NCBI RefSeq assembly: GCF_011386835.1
Contig: NC_088791.1
Span: 243,536,001 to 243,600,000, forward strand
Length of the DNA: 64,000 nt
Source: Chrysemys picta bellii
Lineage: Eukaryota
Reading direction: 5' to 3'
The translations under genes were made by a program, and so were the position numbers. Below are positions 1 through 11,189 of the stretch, piece by piece (position 1 is the stretch's first letter; each line of letters starts with the position of its first letter). The notes beneath the pieces are model-generated. The model saw only the letters and a list, made by a program, of their open reading frames with translations. It searched no databases and was not told the DNA's origin.

Positions 1-114
1 TTTTCTCCCTTGTTGTCAGACCTGGCAGAAAGGCATGGAGACTGAACTCTCTGTCGGGAGAGGCAGTTCCTCTAGGTTAGTTTGAGGTAAACTCACAGGG
101 TAGTATGCAAGAGC
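1..114 (+). mobile_element. LF-SINE-like fragment (truncated by the window start and by the CR1)
   Basis: cttgttgtcagacctggcagaaaggcatggagactgaact...ttcctctaggttagtttgagg resembles the LF-SINE body as recalled. Not database-verified. Confidence 0.5.
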
Positions 115-1848
115 TTGTGGGGCAAAAGTCAACATGGTTTCTCTAAAGGGAAATCGTGTCTTACTAATCTATTACAGTTCTTTGAGGGGGTCAACAAACA
201 TGTGGATAAGAGGGATCCAGTGGACATAGTGTACTTAGATTTCCAGAAAGCCTTTGACAAGGTCCCTCACCAAAGGCTCTTACGTAAATTAAGTTGTCAT
301 GGGATAAAAGGGAAGGTCCTTTCGTGGATTGAGAACTGGTTAAAAGACAGGGAACAAAGGGTAGGAATTAATGGTAAATTCTCAGAATGGAGGGGGGTAA
401 CTAGTGGTGTTCCCCAAGGGTCAGTCCTAGGACCAATCCTATTCAACTTATTTATAAATGATCTGGAGAAAGGGGTAAAAAGTGAGGTGGCAAAGTTTGC
501 AGATGATACTGAACTGCTCAAGATAGTTAAGACCAAAGCAGACTGTGAAGAACTTCAAAAAGATCTCACAAAACTAAGTGATTGGGCAACAAAATGGCAA
601 ATGAAATTTAATGTGGATAAATGTAAAGTAATGCACATTGGAAAAAAATAACCCTAACTGTACATACAATATGATGGGGGCTAATTTAGCTACAACAAAT
701 CAGGAAAAAGATCTTGGAATCATTGTGGATAGTTCTCTGAAGATGTCCACGCAGTATGCATAGGCGGTTAAAAAAGCAAACAGGATGTTAGGAATCATTA
801 AAAAGGGGATAGAGCAGGGGTCGGCAACGTTCGGCACGCGGCTCGCCAGGGTAAGCACCCTGGCGGGCCGGGCCAGTTTTATTTACCTGCTGACGCGGCA
901 GGTTCGGCCGATCGCGGCCTCCACTGGCCGCGGTTCGCCATCCCGGGCCAATGGGGCCGGCGAGAAGCCGCGGCCAACACATCGCTCGCCCACACCGCTT
1001 CTCGCCGCCCCCATTGACCCGGGACGGCGAACCGCAGCCAGTGGAGGCCGCGATCGGCCGAACCTGCCGCGTCAGCAGGTAAATAAAACTGGCCCGGCCC
1101 GCCAGGGTACTTACCCTGGCGAGCCGCGTGCCGAACGTTGCCGACCCCTGGGATAGAGAATAAGATGGAGAATATATTATTGCCCTTATATAAACCCATG
1201 GTACGCCCACATCTTGAATACTGCGTACAGATGTGGTCTCCTCATCTCAAATAGGTATACTCGCACTAGAAAAGGTTCAGAGAAGGGCAACTAAAATGAT
1301 TAGGGGTTTGGAGAGGGTCCCATATGAGGAGAGATTAAAGAGGCTAGGACTTTTCAGCTTAGAAAAGAGGACACTAAGGGGGGATATGATAGAGGTATAT
1401 AAAATTATGAGTGATGTGGAGAAAGTGGATAAGGAAAAGTTATTTACTTATTCCCATAATACAAGAACTAGAGGTCACCAAATGAAATTAATAGGCAGCA
1501 GGTTTAAAACAAATAAAAGGAAGTTCTTCTTCACACAGCACACAGTCAATTTGTGGAACTCCTTACCTGAGGAGGTTGTGAAGGCTAGGACTGTAACAGC
1601 ATTTAAAAGAGAACGGGATAAATTCATGGAGGTTAAGTCCATTAATGGCTATTAGCCACTATGGCTAAGGAATGGTGTCCCTAGACTCTGTCTGTCAGAG
1701 GGTGGAGATGGATGGCAGGAGAGAGATCACTTGATCATTACCTGTTAGGTTCACTCCCTCTGGGGCACCTGGCATTGGTCACTGTCTGTAGACAGGATAC
1801 TGGGCTAGATGGACCTTTGGTCTGACCCAGTACGGCCGTTCTTATGTT
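115..1848 (+). mobile_element. CR1 LINE, 5'-truncated (RT C-terminal part plus 3' UTR), interrupted by a hAT MITE
   Basis: ORF 115-651 has QHGF..SCLTNL, YLDFQKAFDKVPH, GVPQGSVLGP, FADD. ORF 1233-1655 has [15 protein letters not shown] and RTRGH..K. 3' end is ...gttcttatgttc. Contains frameshifts. Confidence 0.96.
815..1150. mobile_element. Palindromic non-autonomous hAT MITE (336 bp)
   Basis: TIR CAGGGGTCGGCAAC...GTTGCCGACCCCTG. 8-bp TSD GGATAGAG at 807-814 and 1151-1158. Arms of about 154 bp are near-perfect inverted repeats. Confidence 0.95.
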
Positions 1849-2246
1849 CATAGGCTGGCAGACAGGACCACGGTGGGGCGCAAAGCCTGGGGGTGCTGCA
1901 GCACCCCCCGCACCCCTACTTCCCGGGCCTATGGACGGGGCTGGGGGCCAGCCTCCCGCAGCCAGTCCTTTAGCGCTGCCCAGCTTGTGCAGCCCTGGGC
2001 TCCAGCGGCAATTTAAAGGGACTGGGGCTCCGGCTGCCGCAGCAGCAGCAGCCGGGAGCCCCAGGCCCTTTTACTTCTCTGGGCCCTGGGGCAGCTGCCC
2101 CTTTTGCCCCCCTCCCTCCCTTGGTAGCCTTGTCGGTACAGTCCTTAAAGCCCTGCCGCAGCAGCGCTTTAACATCAGCTGTGTACCAGCCCATACCAGC
2201 AGCTACTTTCTTACTGCTACGCTGTAACGGCCCACTTTCATCTCTG
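1849..2246. mobile_element. GC-rich DNA-transposon remnants (hAT-like)
   Basis: cataggc...gcctatg mini-IR at 1849-1933. 3' end actttcatctctg resembles a CAGAGGTGAAAGT-type TIR. No TSD found. Confidence 0.45.
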
Positions 2247-2657
2247 CTTCCGACCCCCCAGTCAGGATCTGCCCATTCCCGAACCTCTTAATCCAGGAGC
2301 GGTGGAAATCAAGCACCCCAATCCGGGCTCACTTTACCTCATGGCCCACTTTACTCATCCATCTACTGAATGGTTTATGAAAGGCCTAACAAGGATTTTC
2401 CCACCGGTGATCAAACCTACATCTCAATGGGACCTTACTCTCATCCTGTCGATGCTCACAGGTCCAGCTTTTGAACCTATGGCAACATGCTCCATGACCT
2501 ACCTGTCCATAAAGGTGGCATTCTTAGTGTCTATCACTTCGGCCAGCAAGGTCAGCGAGCTTGGAGTCATTATGGCGGACCCTCTGTAAACAGTTTTTCA
2601 CAAAGAAAAGATTTATCTTCAACTATACCTCAAGTTCCTCCCCAAGATTGTTTCTAA

Positions 2658-2952
2658 GGCTTGGTCCACACTGGGGCGGGGGATCGATCTAGGAAACGCA
2701 ACTTCAGCTACGAGAATAGCGTAGCTGAAGTCGACGTTTCCTAGATCGAACTAAGCTTACTTACTGCGGGTCCACGCGGCGCAGGCAAGCTCCCCCGTGG
2801 ACAGCGCTTCCTCCTCTCGGCGAGCAGGAGTTCCGCAGTCGACGGGTGAACTCTTCTGGGATCAATTTGTCGCTTCCAGATGAGACGCGATAAATCGATC
2901 CCAGAAGATCGATCTCTACCCGCCGAATCAGGAGGGTAGTGTGGACCTAGCC
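2658..2952 (+). mobile_element. PIF/Harbinger-type MITE (295 bp) inside the DIRS YR
   Basis: TIR GGCTTGGTCCACACT...AGTGTGGACCTAGCC. 3-bp TSD TAA at 2655-2657 and 2953-2955. Removing it restores PKIVSK-FHINQ. Confidence 0.9.
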
Positions 2953-3365
2953 TAAATTTCACATCAATCAAAGTATACACTTAGCTGTATTTTTCCCGAA
3001 ACCCCACACTTCCACTGAAGACAAGAGACTTCACTCCTTCGGCATGCCCTGGTGTTCTACCTGCAAAGAACCAAACCTATTAGAAAATCACCAAGACTTT
3101 TTATCGCAACAGTGATAGAGTGAGAGAGAGAGAGCTTGCGGTCAAGCCATGTCCTCCCAGAGGATTTCTAAGTAGCTCTTGGGATGCATCCTTGAGTACT
3201 ATAAGTAGGAAAAATCTCTCCCCTGGGGATAGTGGAGTCATAGCTCACTCCATGCGAGTATAAGCTATCTCCACGGCATCCCTATATGATGTTCTGCTGC
3301 AGGACATGTGCAAGGCAGACACCTGGAGTTCTATCCACACATTCCTGACACACTATGGTTTAGTT

Positions 3366-3661
3366 CAGGGGTCGGCAACGTTTCAGAAGTGATGTGCCGA
3401 GTCTTCATTTATTCACTCTAATTTAAGGCTTCGCGTGCCAGTAATAAATTTTAATGTTTTTAGAAGGTCTCTTTCTATAAGTCTATAATATATAACTAAC
3501 CTATTGTATGTAAAGTAAATAAGGTTTTTAAAATGTTGAAGAAGCTTCATTTAAAATTAAATTAAAATGCAGAGCCCCCGAACTGGTGGCCAGGACCCGG
3601 GCAGTGTGAGTGCCACTGAAAATCAGCCTTCGGCACGCGTACCATAGGTTGCCTACCCCTG
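3366..3661 (+). mobile_element. hAT MITE (296 bp) inside the DIRS YR
   Basis: TIR CAGGGGTCGGCAAC...GTTGCCTACCCCTG. TSD GTTTAGTT at 3358-3365 and 3662-3669. Confidence 0.93.
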
Positions 3662-4516
3662 GTTTAGTTCATGTCTCGGCTATGGATGTAGCAGTGGGCT
3701 CTGCAGTATCGTAGATATCTTTGCTACCAGCTTCCTCACACCCACCTCCAATCTGAGCACTGCTTGCCAATCACCCACATGTGGAATACACGTCACTCGA
3801 AGAAGAAATGGAGGTTACTTACTATAACTTTGAAATGTGTGGTCTTATCTGTATTCCACTCCCTTCCCTCCTCCCCTCTGCTTTGGATCCTGTGGGATTG
3901 TGGGAGAGGCTTCAACCTGCACTGACTCTCATACCCTGGGTCGGGGGCACAAGTTGATCTATGGCGCAGGTACAGGCCAACAGACACATGACGCCTGCTG
4001 CACATGTGTACCCATGTGTGGAGTACAAAGAGGGACCACACATCTCGAAGAACCAGTAAGTAACCTCCATATATCTTGGCAGCCTCTAAAAGTACACAGC
4101 CAAATTCTTCCCACAGATATGCACCCATGGTTTCAAATGACTTCAATCTGAACTCAGAATCAGTCCGTATGGTGTATTTCACAGATGTTAATGCTTCAAT
4201 ATTTGGTTCTTTGGACCTTAGAGTTGCCTGAATTTTAGTTTGGTGATGCTTTTTTGATCCTGAAAAGTGCTGAGCTTTTGCTTCAATTAGCATTATGGGC
4301 GCTCAGCAACAGTCAGGGTTAGGCCTTTATTGAAGTTAAAAATGTAGTTACTAGATTTATACAGATTCCAGGTCCATTACAGGGTACAGTGTGCAGTAGT
4401 TTGAGAGACCCCGCTTTTGTAAGACCCCATTCATCGTGAGGTATCTTGAACACGCTGTAGCGTCAAAAGTTGATCTACCTCCATACAACTTTAGGGCTGT
4501 GAACTTTCCAGTTAAA

Positions 4517-5113
4517 ATAATACCTACCTCTCATAGAGCACTTTTCATCAGTAGATCTCAAAGCACTTAACAAAGGAGGTGTCACAAGCATAGCCTTGTG
4601 CTCCTGTCTTCTCGTACAATTATCTCTAACACCTCTGGCTTGTTGTATTATCTCATCTACCATCCCTTCACAGTCCTGTGCAGCAACTCTGTTTACAGTG
4701 ACATGCAAACATTTTGCCGGAGAAAGAACTCCCTTTATCCTTGCCCTGTTAGCCTCTCCCACTCTCTCTCATTCCCTTTTCTTGCACTTCCTTCCTGGGC
4801 ACCTTTCAACTCTTCCAGTTAATGGGTTAACTAGCTCCTTGGCTCCCCCAGTTCATACTTATCTAGTAATTAGCCCCAGCTTCCCTCAGTCAGGACCATC
4901 TCTGGGAAAACTAATTTGACTTACAGTGACCATAGTGCTGGTTCAGAGCACTCTGTTGCAGGAGGCCAGTATCATTATCCCCATTTTACAGATGGCAAAA
5001 CTGAGGCACAGAGCTGGCTTGCCTAGGGTCACCCAGCAGGCTAGTGACAGAGCAAGGAATAGAACCAAAGTCTCTTGAATCCTAGTCCAGTTCTATATAT
5101 ACCCAGCCACACT
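4517..5113 (-). mobile_element. MIR/CORE-SINE split by a solo LTR
   Basis: cttttcatcagtagatctcaaagcacttaacaaaggagg continues after the insert as ccagtatcattatccccattttacagatggcaaaactgaggcacagag (CORE domain, antisense). Confidence 0.8.
4580..4960 (-). mobile_element. Solo LTR (381 bp), Gypsy/ERV-like
   Basis: Ends TGTCACA...TGTTGCA. 5-bp TSD GGAGG at 4575-4579 and 4961-4965. Sits exactly within the MIR. Confidence 0.8.
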
Positions 5114-5645
5114 GATGTCCCTGTTTTCATTTGCACTACCATCTGTCTCCGTTCTTTAAGGAGATAAAGGTTCCTGACCATAAAAAGCAATATTCAAATA
5201 TGATCACATCGGTGAGTGAAAATTATCTATTTTTCAAAAAATATACGAATAATTAACCAAAGTATTACGGAAAAGAAAATGAGCTAGTTAAAAAAAAAAT
5301 GTTCTTATCAAAGTAGACACCATTTCAGGGGACATAAATATTGAACTGGTTTTATAAACTAGCCAAGTGGACTTGCTTTCTAAATGTTTTAAGGTTCATA
5401 TGCAAGTTACAGCTGAACTATTCTGACATGCCTGTGGAAATGTTATTAACAAGCTACTGTCCCTTGTGCCTGAAATGTATTCTTGGAATTTCTGAGGCTA
5501 AAAGCGCATGTTGTCATACAATATCAGTAAGGTGGCAAATCTGAGAAATAGGCTTTGCTTGGAAATTCACAAAGGATGTATTTTATCCTCTATTTTAGGA
5601 AATGATGTATTTCACTTCTTGTGTATCTTATTTGTATGTTTTCAG

Positions 5646-5746
5646 GACTCCTCCTCAATTGGAACAGCTACAGTGGCTGGACCCAGAACAAGTGCAATAA
5701 TTGGAGATCAGGGAACACCGACAAAGGTCCAGCTCCCCCTCAATAT
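5646..5746 (+). CDS. SH3RF3: SH3RF3 coding exon (about exon 5 by analogy to human); DSSSIGTATVAGPRTSAIIGDQGTPTKVQLPLN, linker before SH3-3
   Basis: Acceptor ttttcag at 5645, donor GTAAGT at 5747. 101 nt, phase 0 to 2. Terminal AT joins C at 9040 to give ATC (Ile) in frame with the SH3 exon. Confidence 0.88.
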
Positions 5747-6879
5747 GTAAGTAGCCAGTTCATCTTAATCACACTCAGGCATTTTGCAAATCACTTGTGG
5801 TTTTGATTTATTTTTTTTTATTATTTGAAAGAGTAGTTCTCATAGCAGTAGTTCTTTGAATACAGTTATCTCAATCTCAAACCTTCCGCTGAAATTGAAA
5901 AATGAACAGTGAAAGGTCAGGTCACCTTTCTTTACATAGCCCTTTTTTTAGCTTACAGAATATTTATTACAGTTATCTGAATCATTGCAAAGCAAATGGA
6001 GTGCCTATCTGCTAGAGAAAGCCTGCTCCCTTAAATTAAAAGCTTTAGGAAGGCCAACTCCCATACATTGGAACAACTGAGTCAATCATCATTCAGATGA
6101 ACTGTGTCTAACCATAAAAAGTAGTCCAATCACATTCTTCAGTACAATAACCAAAGACATCAAATGGAACATTTTAAGTGCAAGAATATCGTGAGTGTAT
6201 AAATACTGGATGGAAGAACAGTGGTTGATTAGATAGGGTATAGGAGCAATAGGATCTATTATAATAATTCTCTTCTAGGCCAGTGAATATATTGGGTACC
6301 TATGTCATTAAACTACCGAACCCCTTCTTCTAATAAAATATATGAAAACCCAACTGAACCTTAACATACATATGTTTGTGTGCATAATGCCCTAAAAGCG
6401 GAGCTGAAATTCACACACGCAAACATGTAAAATGAGATGACAGATCTACTTTAATCAGAATAGGAAATTCAAAACCATGAAAACTAGCCCTTAGTAAACC
6501 CATTCTGCCACAACGAGTACTGAAGCTTAGAGGATACAAAGCATCATTCATTGTTCTGAGATTCTGATGAGAGAATCGTATCGTTACTCTGCAGTCACTC
6601 TGTGGAGCCTGTGTGATATTAATGTGATGATACATATTGAGGCAAATCCTTCTCCTACCTTTTCAGATGCTTAGGGCCCTGGTGGAGTTCTGCTCTGCAA
6701 GGGAAGATTCTCTTACTTATTGATAAAATCAGTGCTCAAGTCCTTAAGAAAAAAAAAAAAAAAAAAAAAAGGTCCCAGAACACATGATTTCAAGAACAAG
6801 AATACCTTAGGACTGGTTGAATCACTGGCTGGAGGTGCAGGGATAGTTATCAGTAGTACCAGAACCAGGCTTGCACATG

Positions 6880-7025
6880 CTCCAAACATGAGAATTTATA
6901 TCCCTTCCAAACACTGTGTTTTTTTTTAAAAAACCCTTACTACTGTAACTCCAGACATTCTTGCTGTCCATGTGTGTGTGTAATCCCTTTATGAATCCTG
7001 CTAGCTTTTGGCATCAGTGCTTTCC
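6880..7025 (-). mobile_element. Old CR1 3' fragment
   Basis: Similar to the 8570-8720 CR1 relic (tttatatcccttcc...tgtaactccagacattcttgct...taatccctttatgaatcctgcta). Confidence 0.5.
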
Positions 7026-8434
7026 GGAACATTCCAGCACGACTCAAGTGCTGGATAAAAGGGGTAAGTAGGTCTAAGACCGTCTAATTTAGACTAAGTT
7101 GTACCACCACTTTACACATGACCTCTGAATTAGGCCAACAATATAAAGACATAAACAAGTACTAATCAGAGGCGAGCCATGCTTCTTGGTCCCAAGTTGT
7201 ACAGCCTCCACACTCTCCATTGTATCCTAACAGAGCACTGTGATGAGGGATGAGCACTGAAGCATGTAGCACTGTTTCATGTCAGGCAGATGCATTTCAG
7301 TGTTCTTCAGTTCATATGCAGCCTCGTGTTTTCTGTCAGGTGAGCACCAATAGAGCTGATCATTGATACCTGATTATACAGACTGAACAAAAAATATGCA
7401 GAATGGTTTCTCCTGTCTGTTGACTAATGAAATATAATTATATCACATGCACATGGTAAACGGAGCCAAGTACATCAACCTAAGCATGCCCAGAGGAGCT
7501 GTTATCAAATATTTTGTATTCTACTCATTACTGTTGTTTATTTACTGGCTGCAAAAGAAAAAGAAAAGTCTACTGGTAACATAAAGGAATAAAATAGGAA
7601 AAACTAATAGGATTTATTCTTTAATTATATTTCCTAAAGAGCAGAAGTAAAAAGCCAAACATCATTTTTATTGGTTGCAGGTCTACAATCACTGTGGTTA
7701 TAGTTTTCATTATTTCTTTGTTTCTCTGCTACTAGATATGCACTGAACCCCTTCTAACCTTTCCTCAATATGAGGATATTCTGCTACATTTTGTAGGGTA
7801 AATGCAGTTTTCACAGCATTTGCCCATTTGTTCTAGTCCTTCCGTACTGCCTTCAAAACAACACTCAGGAATGAGCAATCATAAACAGGGATGGTTGGAA
7901 ATCTCCTTTTGTATTGGTGGCAAGGGGATAGTGTCAAAAAACTTGATTGTTATAAGATAGAAGGTGCTGTGGGGTGGTTGTTCTTGTTATTTTTTCCTTA
8001 ACAGGCTTCCTAGCTATCCCCCAAAGTACAAGCAATCATTCTGAATTTTCAGCAAGCATCTCTCCAAACACTGGGACTAATTTTAACAGCTATAAGTTGT
8101 AGTATTTCATAGCATGAGTCATGTCCCTGAAGTAATGAAGCAAGAACAAAAGAGAGATGAAAGGAAAGATCATAAACAAAGGGAATAAATAAAAGTATAA
8201 TTAAATATATAAAAAGTTATGGCTATTGAGATCAAGATTAAGTTGTGCATATTGAGATAAAGACTAAGGTTATATGCATACTGCATACAAAAAACATAGG
8301 GTCAACTCTGAATCCTTGCTGTGGAGAAACTCCCATTGATTTTAATGGGAGTGTTGCCTGAGTAAGGATGCCATGGTTTGGCCCTAAGACAGTTGTTAAA
8401 AGAGTATCATCTTATCCACACACACAGAAATGTA

Positions 8435-8915
8435 GGAATTCTCATATTGGACCAGTATCCTCTTTCTGGCATTGGGTAATACAAGATGAAAAAACCCTAT
8501 AGCAAGCATTTGTGAAATAATCTGCTCGTAAGAAAAGTTTCTTCCTAATCCCCAAAGTTAGAGGCTGGATCATGCTCTGAACCATACAAATTTATATCCT
8601 CTCCAGACATTTGACTTTTTAAAAATACTTAATATTGTAACTCTGGACATTCTTGCTACCCATTTGTATATGTAATCCTTTTATGAAACCTGCTAAAGTC
8701 TTGGCTTCAGTGCTACTTTGTGGCAGTGAGTTTGGCTGGCTGATTGTGCATTGTGTGAGAAAGTATTTCTGTGTGTCAGTTTTAAAGTTCTGCCTTTTAA
8801 TAAAATAAACTATCCCCTTTGTTCTCATATTGTGAGTGAGGATGAATAGCAGTATTTGATCAGCCAGCTCTGTGCCATTCATTATTATGTATACCTTAAT
8901 TATGTCCCCTCAGTC
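8435..8915 (-). mobile_element. Old CR1 LINE 3' relic
   Basis: Minus-strand translation HNMRTKG...FKTDTQKYFLTQCTISQPNSLP is a degenerate CR1 ORF2 C-terminus. Confidence 0.7.
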
Positions 8916-9039
8916 ATTGTTTCTGAGCAGCCTGTGTGTCACAGGGCATTCCTGCACTGTTAGACTGAAATAAGAACCTGAACATCACTTGTTTTGGCAT
9001 CATCTATACACTCAGCATGTGTGTAACTTCTCCCTGCAG

Positions 9040-9210
9040 CTACTTAGCTCTGTATGCATACAAGCCTCAGAAGAATGATGAGCTGGAGCTGCGTAAAGGC
9101 GAAATGTATCGGGTCATTGAGAAGTGTCAGGATGGCTGGTTCAAGGGGACATCTCTGAGAACGGGAATGTCTGGAGTCTTTCCAGGCAACTACGTGACTC
9201 CTGTTTCCAG
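9040..9210 (+). CDS. SH3RF3: SH3RF3 exon encoding the third SH3 domain ([56 protein letters not shown])
   Basis: Canonical SH3 motifs ALYxY, ELxL, GW and FPxNYV. Acceptor tccctgcag at 9039, donor GTGAGG at 9211. 171 nt, phase 2 to 2. Confidence 0.97.
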
Positions 9211-10004
9211 GTGAGGACCATTGGCCAGAGGTTATTAGGTAGCTCTGCATAGGAGCAGGGATGTACAGAGAGGAGGGCAGGAGTTCCTACTTCTACAGAA
9301 AAATAAAAAAATGGGTAGATTTAGTTTTAAATTGCACACTCTTCCCCGAAAGCTTTATTAATGGCAATTTTCTACCATTACCATCTTAGGTATCTTGGTT
9401 TGCTGGTTTTGGTTTTAGAATCACTCACATTTTCAAGAGACATTATTAATTGTTTAAAATTACTACATTTACAGTTTATCTGGATTGCCTACCCCATTAT
9501 TTTAAAGAACCTATGAGCTATGGAGTCCATATCCAAAAAAAGGAACTAAAGGAGTTTTACAATAGAGATGAGAAAAATAAGGAGAGATTGTAGTTTGTTT
9601 TTCAACACCTCATCATTTTTATTTTGGTTTTGTAAAACCAAAACTGCAGAGTCATTTGAATAGAGGTTCAATTTTATCAGAAACCCCCAAAGTTCAGAGG
9701 TGGAAAGTAAGTTTGATAAATTAGTCCTGTTTCAGCCATCTGTGTATCAGAAATAGAACAGAGTGAGAAGAAACACAGTTTTGGGTTTTGCAAAATTTCA
9801 TTGGTCAGAGTTTTGTTTGGCAAAGCCAAAACAAAGGCTGTTTCTGACAGCATTTTATAGAAAACTCGGAAACTTGAGGGAAAGGGTCTAGGTAACTGGT
9901 TTCAGATTTGATCCCTCCCTAGTTTACTGCAATATACAGTGTGTGGTATAGACAAAACTAAAGACAAGCATAAATTGTAAAGAAAAACATAATAAATGAA
10001 GGGA

Positions 10005-10155
10005 GTCAAACGAAAACCAAACCAGAGAACCATTTCGAACTGGTATTTTTACTTGAACCAGAACCAAACCGAAACCATAATTTTATCCAACTTACTTACC
10101 TGATTTGGAACTGAACTGAAAAAAAAATTGGGCTACTGGTTAAAGGTTCAGCATT
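10005..10155. repeat. Degenerate GAACC/AAACC-rich repeat, probable ancient DNA-transposon remnant (similar tract at 11860-11995)
   Basis: Clustered gaacc/aaacc motifs (gaaccagaaccaaaccgaaacc). Family not identified. Confidence 0.35.
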
Positions 10156-10280
10156 CTTAAACTCAATATTCTAGAAAAACTACTGTGACCATATTTTCAT
10201 TATAAAACAAGACAACAAAATAAATAGGCATGTGATTGGTGCTAGAAAGGCCTGCCCCAGTATATAGTAGAACCTCACAG

Positions 10281-10603
10281 CAGTGGTGGATTAGCCACTG
10301 GGCCAACGGTGCCTGTGCCCAGGTGGCCCCTGAAAAAATGGACATGCCCCGACTTGCTCCGCCTGCCCACAGCAAGCCCCCACGCCCCGACCCCACTTCC
10401 CGGCAGGAGCACTGGGTAGGCAGGGGAAGCCCCCGTTCCCCAACCCCGGAGGAGTGCTGGGTGGGCGGGGGAAGCCCCCATGCCCTGATCCAGCTCCCCA
10501 GCAGGAGCACTGGGGGGGGATGGAGGGAACTGCAGGCAGAATGGGTGGGGAGGGCCCCCACTTGCTCTGGCCCAGGGTCCCAGAAACCTGTAATCCACCT
10601 CTG
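10281..10603. mobile_element. hAT MITE in the Tigger-like left TIR
   Basis: TIR CAGTGGTGGATTA...TAATCCACCTCTG. Degenerate 8-bp TSD CCTCACAG / TCTCAGAG. Confidence 0.8.
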
Positions 10604-10936
10604 TCTCAGAGTTACAAACACCTCGGAAATGAGGTTGTTTGTAATTCTGAAATGTTCAAAATTCTGAACAAAACGTTATTGTGGTTCTTTCAAAAGTTTA
10701 CAACTGAACATTGACTTAATACAGCTTTGAAACTTTACTATGCAGAAGAAAAATGCTGCTTTCCCTTTTATTTTTTTAGTAGTTTATATTCAACACAGTA
10801 CTGTACAGTATTTGGTTTGTTTGTTTGTTTGTTTGTTTTTGTTTTGTCTCTGCTGCTGCCTGATTGTGTACTTCCAGTTCCAAACGAGATGTGTGGTTGA
10901 CTGGTCAGTTCATAATGCTGGTATTTGTAACTCTGA

Positions 10937-11189
10937 GGGTAGGTCTATACTTACCTCCGGGTCCGGTGATAAGCAATCGATCTTTTGGGATCGATCCCGG
11001 AAGTGCTCGCCGTTAACGCCGGTACTCCTGCTCGGCGAGAGGAGTACGTTGCATCGACGGGGGAACCTGCCTGCCGTGTCTGGACCCGCGTTAAGTTCGA
11101 ACTAAGGTACTTCAACTTCAGCTCCGTTATTCACGTAGCTGAAGTTGCGTATCTTAGTTCGAAGTGGGGGGTTTAGTGTGGACCAGGCC
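10937..11189 (-). mobile_element. PIF/Harbinger-type MITE in the Tigger-like right TIR, inverted relative to 2658-2952
   Basis: TIR GGGTAGGTCTATACT...AGTGTGGACCAGGCC. TSD TGA / TTA. Internal aacttcagct..tagctgaagttgcg matches the 2658 copy in reverse. Confidence 0.82.

Larger units (their letters stand above)
2247..4067 (+). mobile_element. DIRS-like tyrosine-recombinase retrotransposon relic (pol C-terminus, YR, terminal repeat), with two nested MITEs
   Basis: HPNPGSLYLMA (pol end), WDLTLIL, KVAFLVSITSASKVSEL, LPKIVSK/FHINQSIHL, AHSMR at 3243-3257, THY at 3348-3356. Terminal segment has inverted ends GAGGTTACTTACT (3811-3823) and AGTAAGTAACCTC (4055-4067). Confidence 0.88.

Noticed and set aside
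297-536. Antisense ORFs over CR1 RT (also 33975-34349)
   Set aside because: The usual open antisense frame of CR1 RT. No independent coding evidence.
785-1210. ORFs on both strands with near-identical translations (QGSATFGTRLARVSTL...)
   Set aside because: Artefact of the palindromic GC-rich hAT MITE, not a gene.
3793-4293. 166-aa minus-strand ORF
   Set aside because: Runs across the DIRS terminal repeat into unique sequence, with no recognisable domain or splice context.
7239-7260. C-box (GTGATGA) and CTGA suggesting a C/D snoRNA
   Set aside because: The boxes are only about 11 nt apart, with no terminal stem or recognisable antisense element.
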